NCBI GenBank assembly: GCA_001001375.1
Contig: LCNU01000015.1
Coordinates: forward strand, 1-60,290
Direction: 5' to 3'
Length of the DNA: 60,290 nucleotides
DNA from: Candidatus Amesbacteria bacterium GW2011_GWC1_47_15
GTDB taxonomy: Bacteria; Patescibacteriota; Microgenomatia; CAZETR01; Amesbacteraceae
Both the position numbers and the translations under genes were made by a program. Below, piece by piece: positions 8,787-16,527 of this stretch (position 1 is its first letter; each line of letters opens with the position of its first letter). A model generated the notes under the pieces. It made no database searches, was not told where the DNA came from, and was given only the letters and a program-made list of their open reading frames with translations.

Positions 8787-8965
8787 TCAAGCGCAGTTTG
8801 CAGTTCTTTGAGGGGGACTTTTTGAGTCTGCTTTTTAAACGCATGGAGAAGCTAGTAGGTACCCTTGTGACTTGTGTATAAAATCCTCACAGATATCTGT
8901 CCAGAAGTTCGTAACTCATATAATCCGGAAGCTAACTTTTCTGATTGTTGTGAAGAATTTGTCTA
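8787..8965 (-). pseudogene. Gp49/HigB-like toxin remnant, broken by stops and frameshifts
   Basis: The pieces FIDKFFTTIRKVSFRII*, ELRTSGQISVRILYTSHKGTY* and LLHAFKKQTQKVPLKELQTALDRK lie in different frames. Together they resemble the ELR...RILY...GFKKKTQKTPKKEI pattern of Gp49-type toxins. Confidence 0.4.
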
Positions 8966-9015
8966 TGAAAGCCACAAATTGAGTTTAGCATTTTGCGAGC
9001 TGAGGGGAATTGGGG

Positions 9016-9087
9016 AGCCTGGGGTGGGAATCGGACCCACGACCTCATTCTTACCAAGAATGCGTTCTACCACTGAACTACCCAGGC
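9016..9087 (-). tRNA. tRNA-Thr (anticodon GGU)
   Basis: Manual cloverleaf:
- acceptor GCCTGGG/CCCAGGC
- D stem GTTC/GAAC
- anticodon stem CATTC/GAATG with loop TTGGTAA
- T stem GTGGG/CCCAC with loop TCCGATT (C55). Confidence 0.9.
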
Positions 9088-9113
9088 GGATACCAAGAGA
9101 TTTTAACAGATTT

Positions 9114-9941
9114 TTAGAAGCCTTTGATGAGAGCTTTCCCGGTAACAATTTCACTTAAAAAATACAGTTCACCCAGGGTCCAAATATCTCCGCCAACGAT
9201 GGAGTTGAACCCGGTTTTCCCTGCGGATTCTCCTAGCATTAAGGCTTGTTTTAGTAACTTGTCCAGAGAAGTAATTCTTCCGATCATAGCAAAAACGAAG
9301 GCGGCTTCAAATAAACTATTTAAGGTTCCGTCACTATCAGTACGACGAAGACAATAAAGAGGATCCATGCGGGAATCAGGGATAACTTCTGTTGCCTGGA
9401 GATTTCCCACACGGAAAGTGTTATTTATCTGATGCGACGGACCCACAAGTTCCTGGATTTTCTGTTTTGTTTTCCGATCTGTCTGGGTAATGATTTTGTC
9501 TACAATACTACTTTTCTTTTTGGATTTTGCAGTATCAATTTTAAATAAATCTACCACGTCCTGAATTTTAATTGCTAAATCCCGACGATGTGATCTGGCT
9601 AACCCGGTCTGCTCTATAGGCAAACTGGCGTGCTGGACATACGTTAAATCGTAGTCAGGAATAAGTTTATGGCGGGTTGAATGGATTGCTTTAATAGGAT
9701 TGGTTTCTCTGAATAGGGGATTTCTAGACGGGGTTAATTGATTCATGAAAGAAATCAGTGACTTATCGACGGGAACTTCAGAAATTTCAGCCACTCTAAA
9801 TACAGGTATACCTTGTCGAAACCCGGAAAATACTTCGTCGATAAGGATCCTTTTAGGATCAACAAAAGAAGGGGATCCCTGGTTTTCTGCCAGCTTTAGA
9901 GCTACGCGAAATATATAATCTGTTTCATTTTTAAACGACAT
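9114..9941 (-). CDS. hypothetical protein (between tRNA-Tyr and tRNA-Thr)
   Basis: 275-aa ORF, 6 nt downstream of the preceding ORF. No recognisable motif. Confidence 0.7.
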   Translation of the reverse strand: MSFKNETDYIFRVALKLAENQGSPSFVDPKRILIDEVFSGFRQGIPVFRVAEISEVPVDKSLISFMNQLTPSRNPLFRETNPIKAIHSTRHKLIPDYDLTYVQHASLPIEQTGLARSHRRDLAIKIQDVVDLFKIDTAKSKKKSSIVDKIITQTDRKTKQKIQELVGPSHQINNTFRVGNLQATEVIPDSRMDPLYCLRRTDSDGTLNSLFEAAFVFAMIGRITSLDKLLKQALMLGESAGKTGFNSIVGGDIWTLGELYFLSEIVTGKALIKGF

Positions 9942-9947
9942 AAGCTC

Positions 9948-10952
9948 CTATCTGGATGTAGGTATGTCTTTAAGAGTGTCTTTCATTGTGGTCACCTTTT
10001 CTCCTAATAGCTTTCGATTTGTTTGAGCTTGCTTGATAAAATCTCCAAAGAGTTCCTGATATCTCTGGCATGTAGCCTGAATTATCCAGGCGATGTCCTG
10101 TTCATAACAGGCAATACCAAACAGGAATGCAGTGTTAACCATTTCCTCTAGCAGAAAATAACCTCGCTCGGCGGCAGTAATCGTTTGAGTGCTGCCTATC
10201 GCGGGCAGGATAGCTCCGATACTGATACCTGCCCTCGTGGCGGCTTTAGCTTCTTCGATTCGGGCATTTGATTCCTTGGTAGACAAGGAGTTTGCATTAC
10301 TGACCAATTTATCGGTGGTCGTGTCATGAATTAAATCCAGCGGACGGGATAATTTTTGAGTTAATTGTGTCAGAGCACTATCCAATTCGGATCGATGTAC
10401 CTGAGCACGCCCTGCGGCATCTCTGGCTTTTTGGGCACTGGTTGCGTACGACCGGGCAATTGTGGTCTGGTTGGATAGTGCCTTTTTTCTGGAGAACTCT
10501 GTGTCCGCAATTCGCTTTTCTGTGGTGAGCCCTAACTGATGCAATTGTTCCAGAGTAGGTTTGTAGTGCTGTTGAAAATGATTATCTGAGGCAAAAATAC
10601 TGACGGTTTTTAGCTGTCTGTTTCTCCAACCGGGGTTTTCTCCGCCCAACACTTTCATCAGTTCTATTCGGAGACTAGATAAAGCTGCAGGATCTTTCGC
10701 AGTAGCGATGGACAATGCCTTTGAGGAAGCTTCTATTGCCTGAGCGGCGTGTTCTTCAAGAAAGAGAAGAAACGACAAGGCAGAGTTTTTATTTATTTGC
10801 GGTAAAGGGACGGGTGGAAAATCGAGTTTATTGAGGATGGTGTTGGCAGCATTTGCTGAATCCTGGGCTGCGGATTGAAGCTGTTCAACGGCAACTTTTG
10901 ATAACAGGCTCCTATCTAAAAAACCACCGGGAATGATATCTTTGGGTACCAT
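9948..10952 (-). CDS. hypothetical alpha-helical protein (between tRNA-Tyr and tRNA-Thr)
   Basis: 334-aa ORF starting 43 nt after tRNA-Tyr. It is Ala/Gln/Leu-rich and predicted helical, with a short hydrophobic segment GISIGAILPAIG. Confidence 0.7.
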   Translation of the reverse strand: MVPKDIIPGGFLDRSLLSKVAVEQLQSAAQDSANAANTILNKLDFPPVPLPQINKNSALSFLLFLEEHAAQAIEASSKALSIATAKDPAALSSLRIELMKVLGGENPGWRNRQLKTVSIFASDNHFQQHYKPTLEQLHQLGLTTEKRIADTEFSRKKALSNQTTIARSYATSAQKARDAAGRAQVHRSELDSALTQLTQKLSRPLDLIHDTTTDKLVSNANSLSTKESNARIEEAKAATRAGISIGAILPAIGSTQTITAAERGYFLLEEMVNTAFLFGIACYEQDIAWIIQATCQRYQELFGDFIKQAQTNRKLLGEKVTTMKDTLKDIPTSR

Positions 10953-10994
10953 TTAAGGGGATTATAACCCAGAAGTCCAGATTGGCAAGCTCAG

Positions 10995-11077
10995 TGCCGG
11001 GAGCAGGATTCGAACCTACGTAGGCGAATGCCAGCGGATTTACAGTCCGCCCTCGTTGACCGCTTGAGTATCCCGGC
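10995..11077 (-). tRNA. tRNA-Tyr (anticodon GUA), long variable arm
   Basis: Manual cloverleaf:
- acceptor GCCGGGA/TCCCGGC
- anticodon stem GCGGA/TCCGC with loop CTGTAAA
- 14-nt variable arm
- T arm GTAGG-TTCGAAT-CCTGC. Confidence 0.9.
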
Positions 11078-11123
11078 GACTTGAGCAATTTTATCAAATA
11101 ATTCATATGATTTGGTACGAAAT

Positions 11124-11936
11124 TTATTCCCATTTATATATTAACGGTTTAAAAACGCTTTCCAGTTGTTTGTATTTTTCTTTGGAGATGATCTCGAGCT
11201 TTATGTTTGGGTATTTTTGCCGGAATAGTCTGTCGCGCTCCCGGGAATAATCATTCATATAGTTTTTGACTTCTAAAAATAAATTACTATCGGGTAGATA
11301 GAAGTCTGGCCTATATGTATGCTTTCCCAAGTCAAATATTTTGGGGGAATACTGCCAATTAATATTCATCAATGTTAGAACCCGGGCAATATTAGCTTCC
11401 CAGGTGCTGTAAAAACAGATGGAATCATCAATGTCCGGGCGAATACCTGATTTCCCCCTGGAAGCTTTTGGGGAGGTTGTGTTCCTTCCAATAATTTGCA
11501 TATGACAATAGTTACTACAATATTTTCTTTTCGTTGCCATATAAGGAGGTACGAAAAACACCTTCTTACAGTTAGCATTAAGACACTGGACCGGGAGCAG
11601 CGTTACAATTCTTCTGGGGGGCGGTGGACAGAATCTTTTTATAGTTGAAGATATTTTTTGTCGGGTTTCAAGACTATGTTTCCGACCCAAATTATTCACA
11701 TGAGCAGCACATCGGCGAGAACAATATTTTTGCTTTAAATAAGGTTTTATAGCGAATGTTTTGTCACAATCCCGGCTGCAGCAGACCCGATTTTGTAATG
11801 GTTTGATACGGAATGAGTATTTTCCCAAACGCCAATTTGTCTTGGCTATCGTTGACTGGAGGTGTTTATATTTACTATCTGAATAAAAATTTCCACTCAC
11901 TGACCCATTATTTTCCGTAATATTCCCGAAGGTCAA
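11124..11936 (-). CDS. free-standing nuclease: repeated Cys motifs + NUMOD3-like motif + C-terminal PD-(D/E)xK (TnsA-N/Vsr-like) domain
   Basis: 270-aa ORF. It has two C-x-C...YCSxxC motifs, GRKHSLETRQKIS (NUMOD3-like) and YRPDFYLPDSNLFLEVKNY (a PD...E-x-K nuclease core). It starts 12 nt after tRNA-Thr(UGU). Confidence 0.75.
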   Translation of the reverse strand: MTFGNITENNGSVSGNFYSDSKYKHLQSTIAKTNWRLGKYSFRIKPLQNRVCCSRDCDKTFAIKPYLKQKYCSRRCAAHVNNLGRKHSLETRQKISSTIKRFCPPPPRRIVTLLPVQCLNANCKKVFFVPPYMATKRKYCSNYCHMQIIGRNTTSPKASRGKSGIRPDIDDSICFYSTWEANIARVLTLMNINWQYSPKIFDLGKHTYRPDFYLPDSNLFLEVKNYMNDYSRERDRLFRQKYPNIKLEIISKEKYKQLESVFKPLIYKWE

Positions 11937-11947
11937 TCTGCAATTTG

Positions 11948-12019
11948 AGCCGGCGGGGAGTTTTGCAATCCCGACCTTGGCTTTACAAAAGCCCTGCTCT
12001 GCTTCTGAGCTACGCCGGC
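11948..12019 (-). tRNA. tRNA-Thr (anticodon UGU), atypical D and T loops
   Basis: Acceptor GCCGGCG/CGCCGGC, D stem GCTC/GAGC, anticodon stem GGGCT/AGCC(A) with loop TTTGTAA. The D loop AGAAGCA lacks GG. The T arm GGGAT-TGCAAAA-CTCCC lacks TPsiC and the G53-C61 pair. Confidence 0.6.
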
Positions 12020-12034
12020 GGAGTCAATTTTACC

Positions 12035-12253
12035 AAAAAAAACCGGCATAATGCCGGAGCGAACAGAATGTCCCGCCAATCAGGAGCGAAGGTTTTTCCC
12101 CAAGTAGTAGCAAAGTGGGCGAGCTCCCCCCAAAATATCACACTTTAGGGGATGTCCGCTCCGGTACTCGGACCGGAAGGGAGTTGTGCCCTAGCCCTAC
12201 TGGATTAATATAGTCGAGGAAAAATGACTTCGACTATCCTTCTTGGCAGGACA
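12035..12253 (-). ncRNA. structured RNA candidate of unknown class (~215 nt) with own -10 box and terminator
   Basis: - TATAAT on the minus strand at 12265-12260 lies 7 nt before the 5' end.
- An 11-bp closing helix pairs 12253-12243 with 12079-12069, with one G.U in the minus orientation only.
- Further helices: GAAGG/CCTTC, an 8-bp hairpin ATAGTCGA...TCGACTAT, CCAGTAG/CTAC-T-TGG, GGGC..CTCCC/GGGAG..GCCC and TCCGGT/ACCGGA.
- The RNA ends in CCGGCAT-T-ATGCCGG plus T8. Confidence 0.5.
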
Positions 12254-12291
12254 ATTATTATTATACCTGTATTTGCAAGAGGGAAAAAGTG

Positions 12292-12888
12292 TCAGGGGAG
12301 AAGAAAATTGATTATCAGGCGGGAAATGGGAGAGATGATCAGATAAGCAACTGAGTATCCTCCGAATATGGGCAAGATCAGCAGCAGGATGAGCATTAAT
12401 GAATTGGTTTTCAGGAGCGGATGACTGGTCGGCAAAAGCTTGGAACCGTCTAACGGCGGGACGGGAATGAGATTAAAAAGCGCAAGGTTTACATTCAGGG
12501 ATACCAGACCGTAAAAGACCACCAGCACCTGGGAGGGCATGGAAGTAAGCTTGGTGATTAATGAAAGAAGTACAGCCAGGACAATGTTGCTGGCAGGCCC
12601 GGCCAAGGCGATAAGGGCAGTATCGCGGCGGGGGTTTCGCAGGTTGTACGGGTCAAACGGCGTGGGCTTGCCCCAGCCGAAAAAACCGGTAAAGATGATG
12701 GCCAGGGTGCCGTATGGGTCAAGATGGGCAAGGGGATTAAGAGTCGTCCGGCCCAGAGTGCGGGGGGTGGGATCGCCCAGATAATCTGCCATGAATGCAT
12801 GGGCGGCCTCGTGGATGCCAATAGCCAGGATAATTCCGCCGAGAATAACGACGAAGGCGTAGGGATTGGTAAACAAAAGGTTTAGCAT
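12292..12888 (-). CDS. site-2 protease family (peptidase M50) membrane metalloprotease
   Basis: 198-aa polytopic ORF with the motifs HEAAHAFMA (HExxH) and NLIPVPPLDGSKLL. Confidence 0.85.
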   Translation of the reverse strand: MLNLLFTNPYAFVVILGGIILAIGIHEAAHAFMADYLGDPTPRTLGRTTLNPLAHLDPYGTLAIIFTGFFGWGKPTPFDPYNLRNPRRDTALIALAGPASNIVLAVLLSLITKLTSMPSQVLVVFYGLVSLNVNLALFNLIPVPPLDGSKLLPTSHPLLKTNSLMLILLLILPIFGGYSVAYLIISPISRLIINFLLP

Positions 12889-12909
12889 GTGTTAAAATCC
12901 ATAAGTATT

Positions 12910-13188
12910 ATGGCATATAAATGTGATAATTGCGGCAGAGGCGTGCAATATGGTGAAACCCATACCCACGGGCGGGGTGTGGCGGGAGGCCGGTGGAAAA
13001 AAAGAGCTCCGCATACCCGCAAAGTATTTAGACCCAATCTGCATAATGCAAGAATCATGGTAAAGGGAGTCGTAACCAAAATGAAGCTATGTACTAAGTG
13101 CCTGCGCAAGCTCAAATCTCAAAGCCAGCTTGCCGTCAGGCAAGGTACAAAGCTCAAGACCGAAGAGGTTGTATCTGCCACGGTATAG
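12910..13188 (+). CDS. rpmB: 50S ribosomal protein L28
   Basis: MAYKCDNCGRGVQYGETHTHGRGVAGGRWKKRAPHTRKVFRPNLHNARI...CTKCLRK matches the L28 pattern, including the PNL motif. The start is set at the second Met of track ORF 12889..13188. Confidence 0.85.
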   Translation: MAYKCDNCGRGVQYGETHTHGRGVAGGRWKKRAPHTRKVFRPNLHNARIMVKGVVTKMKLCTKCLRKLKSQSQLAVRQGTKLKTEEVVSATV

Positions 13189-13999
13189 GATTTTTACCTT
13201 CATATTGAATTGTCGGAGGGGTCAGGGAAATAAGTTTTATTCTTTTGCCTTCCGGGTTTTCAGTCCAAACTCCGGGCCAGGGATGCAGGGCGCACCATTT
13301 GCGGGACAATTCTTTATTGTTTGTTGTCAGTTGGTCGTTGAAGGCATCCCAGGGGATAAAGCCGTCGGCACGGGTGAGCTGGCGGGCATAAAAAATGCCA
13401 TCCGACGGAATCTTTTGGGGTACCGGTTTATTTGCCCCAGCGGCGATTTTAGGTAAATTGTCGATGAGCAGATCAGCTCCAAGGTGATACAAACGGTCGT
13501 ATATTGTCTGCCGGGTATCGGCGTCCGAGATAGGGGTTTTTATTTGGGCAAGGATCGGACCGGCATCGAATCTTTCTGTCATTTTGACCAGAGTGACGCC
13601 CGTTTCCTTCTCACCCCAAAGAATCGCCCATTCGGCCGGGAAGCGGCCGGGATATCGGGGCAGAAGGGAAGCATGCATGTTTATGGCCATAATTTTGGGT
13701 AATTCCAGCCAGGCTTGAGGAAGAAGTTTGCCGTAACCGGATGCGATTAAAAAATCGGGAGGATTTTTTGAGAAGGAGAGTAGAAAAGCAGGAGAGTCAA
13801 AGTCGGCGGGAGTATGGACGGTAAGGTCGTGTTTTTCGGCGAATATTTGAACCTCAGTCGGCCTCAATTCCAATCCGCGGCCTGATGGGGAGGGAGGAGT
13901 AGTAACAACGGTTATGGATTTGTTAACCGCTAATAATCTTTCAAGTACTACGACGGAGTAGTGCCGGAAGGAGCCGAAGAAAACAATATTGAAGTCCAT
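13154..13999 (-). CDS. fmt: methionyl-tRNA formyltransferase
   Basis: 281-aa ORF. The N-terminal Rossmann sequence is IVFFGS, followed by HASLLPRYPG and the TG...VKM...DAGPI block. Confidence 0.9.
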   Translation of the reverse strand: MDFNIVFFGSFRHYSVVVLERLLAVNKSITVVTTPPSPSGRGLELRPTEVQIFAEKHDLTVHTPADFDSPAFLLSFSKNPPDFLIASGYGKLLPQAWLELPKIMAINMHASLLPRYPGRFPAEWAILWGEKETGVTLVKMTERFDAGPILAQIKTPISDADTRQTIYDRLYHLGADLLIDNLPKIAAGANKPVPQKIPSDGIFYARQLTRADGFIPWDAFNDQLTTNNKELSRKWCALHPWPGVWTENPEGKRIKLISLTPPTIQYEGKNPIPWQIQPLRS

Positions 14000-14052
14000 A
14001 CCCTAATTATATTTGATTGGGGAAATAAGGGAGAAGTAAAGATAATGATCAT

Positions 14053-14727
14053 TTATCGACCATTAGCGCGCATTTGCTGATATTCTTTCATAACTTTTAA
14101 TGCTGCTTTCTTACTTCCTGTGACTTCGACAAGTTCTCTCCAGGCATAACCATCATCAGCGATAGCCTTCTTGATAATTTCCTCCATATGAAATTGGGCG
14201 TTAAATTCAGCATTTGAAGTTTTAAAGGATGCAACTCCCTGGGAAATTCTTTCTCCAACTCTTAGTTTTGTGGCTAGAACATACCCGATGCAAAAGAGGC
14301 TTGACAGGCCGCTCACGATGGTAAGCGGAATGTCGTTATCTGCGTAGGATTCTTTTACAATAACCCCGCTGATACCTAATGAAGTTCCTGCGCCAATATT
14401 GGATATAACTTGGTAAAAATTGGGGTGATTATCGCCTCTTATTTTAGATTCAGCAAGTTCTGTCAGACCACCTATCACTCCCAAAGCTACACCAACTAAT
14501 AATATTTGAGTTCTTAGTTCTTCAAATGATTGCTGGGCAGGGGCGCCGTTAATATCGAAAAGGCTTTTGACTCCAATGAATGCGATCCCACTCATGTGGC
14601 CCCGATGATTCCAGGCGGTCTCAGCGGCATCTTTTAAAGGATTGAAATTCAAATCTATACCCGTATCCATGAAAGCCAGGGAGGAGGGGAAGTCCGGATT
14701 TTCCTTGCGGCTGGGGGTGAGGGTCAT
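14053..14727 (-). CDS. hypothetical membrane protein
   Basis: 224-aa ORF with about 4 hydrophobic helices and a soluble C-terminal tail. Confidence 0.6.
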   Translation of the reverse strand: MTLTPSRKENPDFPSSLAFMDTGIDLNFNPLKDAAETAWNHRGHMSGIAFIGVKSLFDINGAPAQQSFEELRTQILLVGVALGVIGGLTELAESKIRGDNHPNFYQVISNIGAGTSLGISGVIVKESYADNDIPLTIVSGLSSLFCIGYVLATKLRVGERISQGVASFKTSNAEFNAQFHMEEIIKKAIADDGYAWRELVEVTGSKKAALKVMKEYQQMRANGR

Positions 14728-14795
14728 GTTTTTTAGAATTCTAAATTAGTACTGGCTTATAGTCAATATTGAAATATATGCTAAGATAAGTTGAC

Positions 14796-15002
14796 ATGGC
14801 AGTGAAGCGGGAGTTGGAATATGTTGATGTTCCGCCGGATGTGGAACCGGGGGAGATAAGGAATTTGGGGGAAGTGAAGGGGGAAATGAAAGTGTCCGAG
14901 ACCGGGCCGGACGGAAAGAAAATAGGTTATAAAAAAGAAGTCACTGTGACATTAATTTCAAATAAGTCGGGAGAGATTGTGGCAGTGCCGGGCAGGGGCT
15001 GA
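14796..15002 (+). CDS. hypothetical small protein
   Basis: 68-aa ORF in an otherwise empty gap. No motif. Confidence 0.4.
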   Translation: MAVKRELEYVDVPPDVEPGEIRNLGEVKGEMKVSETGPDGKKIGYKKEVTVTLISNKSGEIVAVPGRG

Positions 15003-15782
15003 TCAATCAAAACTGATTTGCCCCAGGATTTTATCAAATTCATCCTGAGTGACCAAGCCCTGGCTGGTTTCATATACAATTTCACCTGTAATAAGGTCTT
15101 TGCCGATGGCGCCGTTTCTATTTTGTAAACCTGTATCCAGTTCTATAGGTCTGGTTGTCCCGTTGAGGAACCTCATGTCTTTTACAGACGGTGCAGCATT
15201 TATCTGCTCCACCGCCAGATTATGAATTTCCCGATGTTGCTGTCCGGTGTATTCTGCTTCGACTCCCGATCTTTTGGAATCATATAACTGGCGGGGGTTA
15301 GGGTATTGCCGTCCGCCTACCAAACCCGATAAAAAGTTGTGGATGGCAAGTCCTGCTTCCTGGCGGATAGTGGTACCGCTTTGTGGCGGAGGAGCACCCA
15401 ATTTCCTTTCCGCTTCAATTTGGGCCGCTTGATGGATAACTTCCCATACAGACCCAACCCGCACTTTTGCCTGAGGAGCGGCGGGGTGCCTGTCTCTAAA
15501 TTCCGGGTCTTCCTGAGCTTCGGCAATTACCTTGGCGATTGATGCCAAACCGCGGCGTTCATGGTCGGCTTTAGAAATTTTAACCCGGGAATCAGGTCCT
15601 CTAGCAACTGCCAGGACTCCGGTGGTATGATTCATAATTTCATTCAGGGCTTGTTGCCGAAGTTTCAACGCAGTGTCGGGGTCCTTTTCCAATCGGGCCT
15701 TACCGGCATTTTCCAGGCTTGTTCCTGTATGACCGACGACGGGCTTGAAAGCGAAATTGAGAAGTTCACGCAGATTTGCCAT
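15003..15782 (-). CDS. hypothetical protein
   Basis: Track ORF 15003..15980 trimmed to MANLRELL..., which starts 4 nt after the upstream stop. It shares an L-x-LRQQAL-x-x-I motif with the upstream ORF. Confidence 0.6.
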   Translation of the reverse strand: MANLRELLNFAFKPVVGHTGTSLENAGKARLEKDPDTALKLRQQALNEIMNHTTGVLAVARGPDSRVKISKADHERRGLASIAKVIAEAQEDPEFRDRHPAAPQAKVRVGSVWEVIHQAAQIEAERKLGAPPPQSGTTIRQEAGLAIHNFLSGLVGGRQYPNPRQLYDSKRSGVEAEYTGQQHREIHNLAVEQINAAPSVKDMRFLNGTTRPIELDTGLQNRNGAIGKDLITGEIVYETSQGLVTQDEFDKILGQISFD

Positions 15783-15786
15783 TGAT

Positions 15787-16527
15787 TTACTTGTCCCGGC
15801 GGACGCTAAAACGAGTGCTGCCCACTTCGATCTTGAGAGTAGGAGTATGGACAATTGAAGCATCAACTTTGGCAGCACTGCCTTCTGCATAGGCTCCACC
15901 CGGTCCGACGCTGGCTCTGGACTGGCCGGTATTGCCATTTGAGTCAGGAGGTGTATATGCTCTTGCCTCTGCAAACACACTGGTACCGCCTTTTATCTCC
16001 AAAGTGACAGGGGCGGAAGCGGCTGTGATATCCATACCAGGCGGGAATTTTTGTCTTACTCTCTCAAGAGAATGTTGAGTCTGACTCCTGCGGCCGAAAA
16101 GACCCCGGGATTCCGTTTTGGTTACAGTTTGTATTTCCCTGTCATCGGTCAAATCGCCGCGTTGGATGGACTGAAGAGCCTGGCTGATAATTCCGGACAG
16201 AGTTCCTTGGCTTTCGGTGTGCAGGTCGCGGGCGGTGCTGTATGCCTCAAGCGCCATTGCTGTTTGCTGGCTGACTACATGTGAAACAAGACCATTAATA
16301 AGTTCAGGGTCGGATGGCTTTAGGACTGCCTGGATTGCTTGGTGGGTAATAGCTGCTTGTTGGGCATTCTTTTCCCTTTGGGTTTGGAGCAGTATTGCGG
16401 ACAGAGCTTGCTGGCGGAGAAGCAGTTCTTTATCCTGGTAAGGGCCCAGTTGATTCAACGGCCGAGAAACAGGCGCCGATTCTTTTCCGGCCACAGCAGT
16501 AAGTATGCGTTGAAAAATACTTGTCAT
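15787..16527 (-). CDS. hypothetical protein
   Basis: Track ORF 15787..16560 trimmed to MTSIFQ..., whose ATG overlaps the upstream TGA (ATGA). Confidence 0.6.
   Translation of the reverse strand: MTSIFQRILTAVAGKESAPVSRPLNQLGPYQDKELLLRQQALSAILLQTQREKNAQQAAITHQAIQAVLKPSDPELINGLVSHVVSQQTAMALEAYSTARDLHTESQGTLSGIISQALQSIQRGDLTDDREIQTVTKTESRGLFGRRSQTQHSLERVRQKFPPGMDITAASAPVTLEIKGGTSVFAEARAYTPPDSNGNTGQSRASVGPGGAYAEGSAAKVDASIVHTPTLKIEVGSTRFSVRRDK

Noticed and set aside
8874-9158. Track ORFs that overlap tRNA genes (8874..9158, 8963..9154, 1367..1603, 10912..11133, 11945..12148).
   Set aside because: Each one runs across a well-folded tRNA cloverleaf on the opposite strand or the same region. The tRNA explanation is stronger.
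12150-12205. Possible SRP RNA domain IV on the plus strand (GGTAC-TCGGA-CC-GGAA-GG-GAGTT-GTGCC with a GGAA tetraloop).
   Set aside because: The conserved symmetric-loop bases are not present: AGTT appears instead of the 3' side A-G-C-A. The tetraloop is not central to the RNA. The promoter, the G.U pair and the terminator all point to the minus strand.
15783-15980. Long version of ORF 15003..15980, overlapping the upstream gene by 194 nt.
   Set aside because: An internal ATG at 15782 sits 4 nt after the upstream stop and gives a non-overlapping operon layout.
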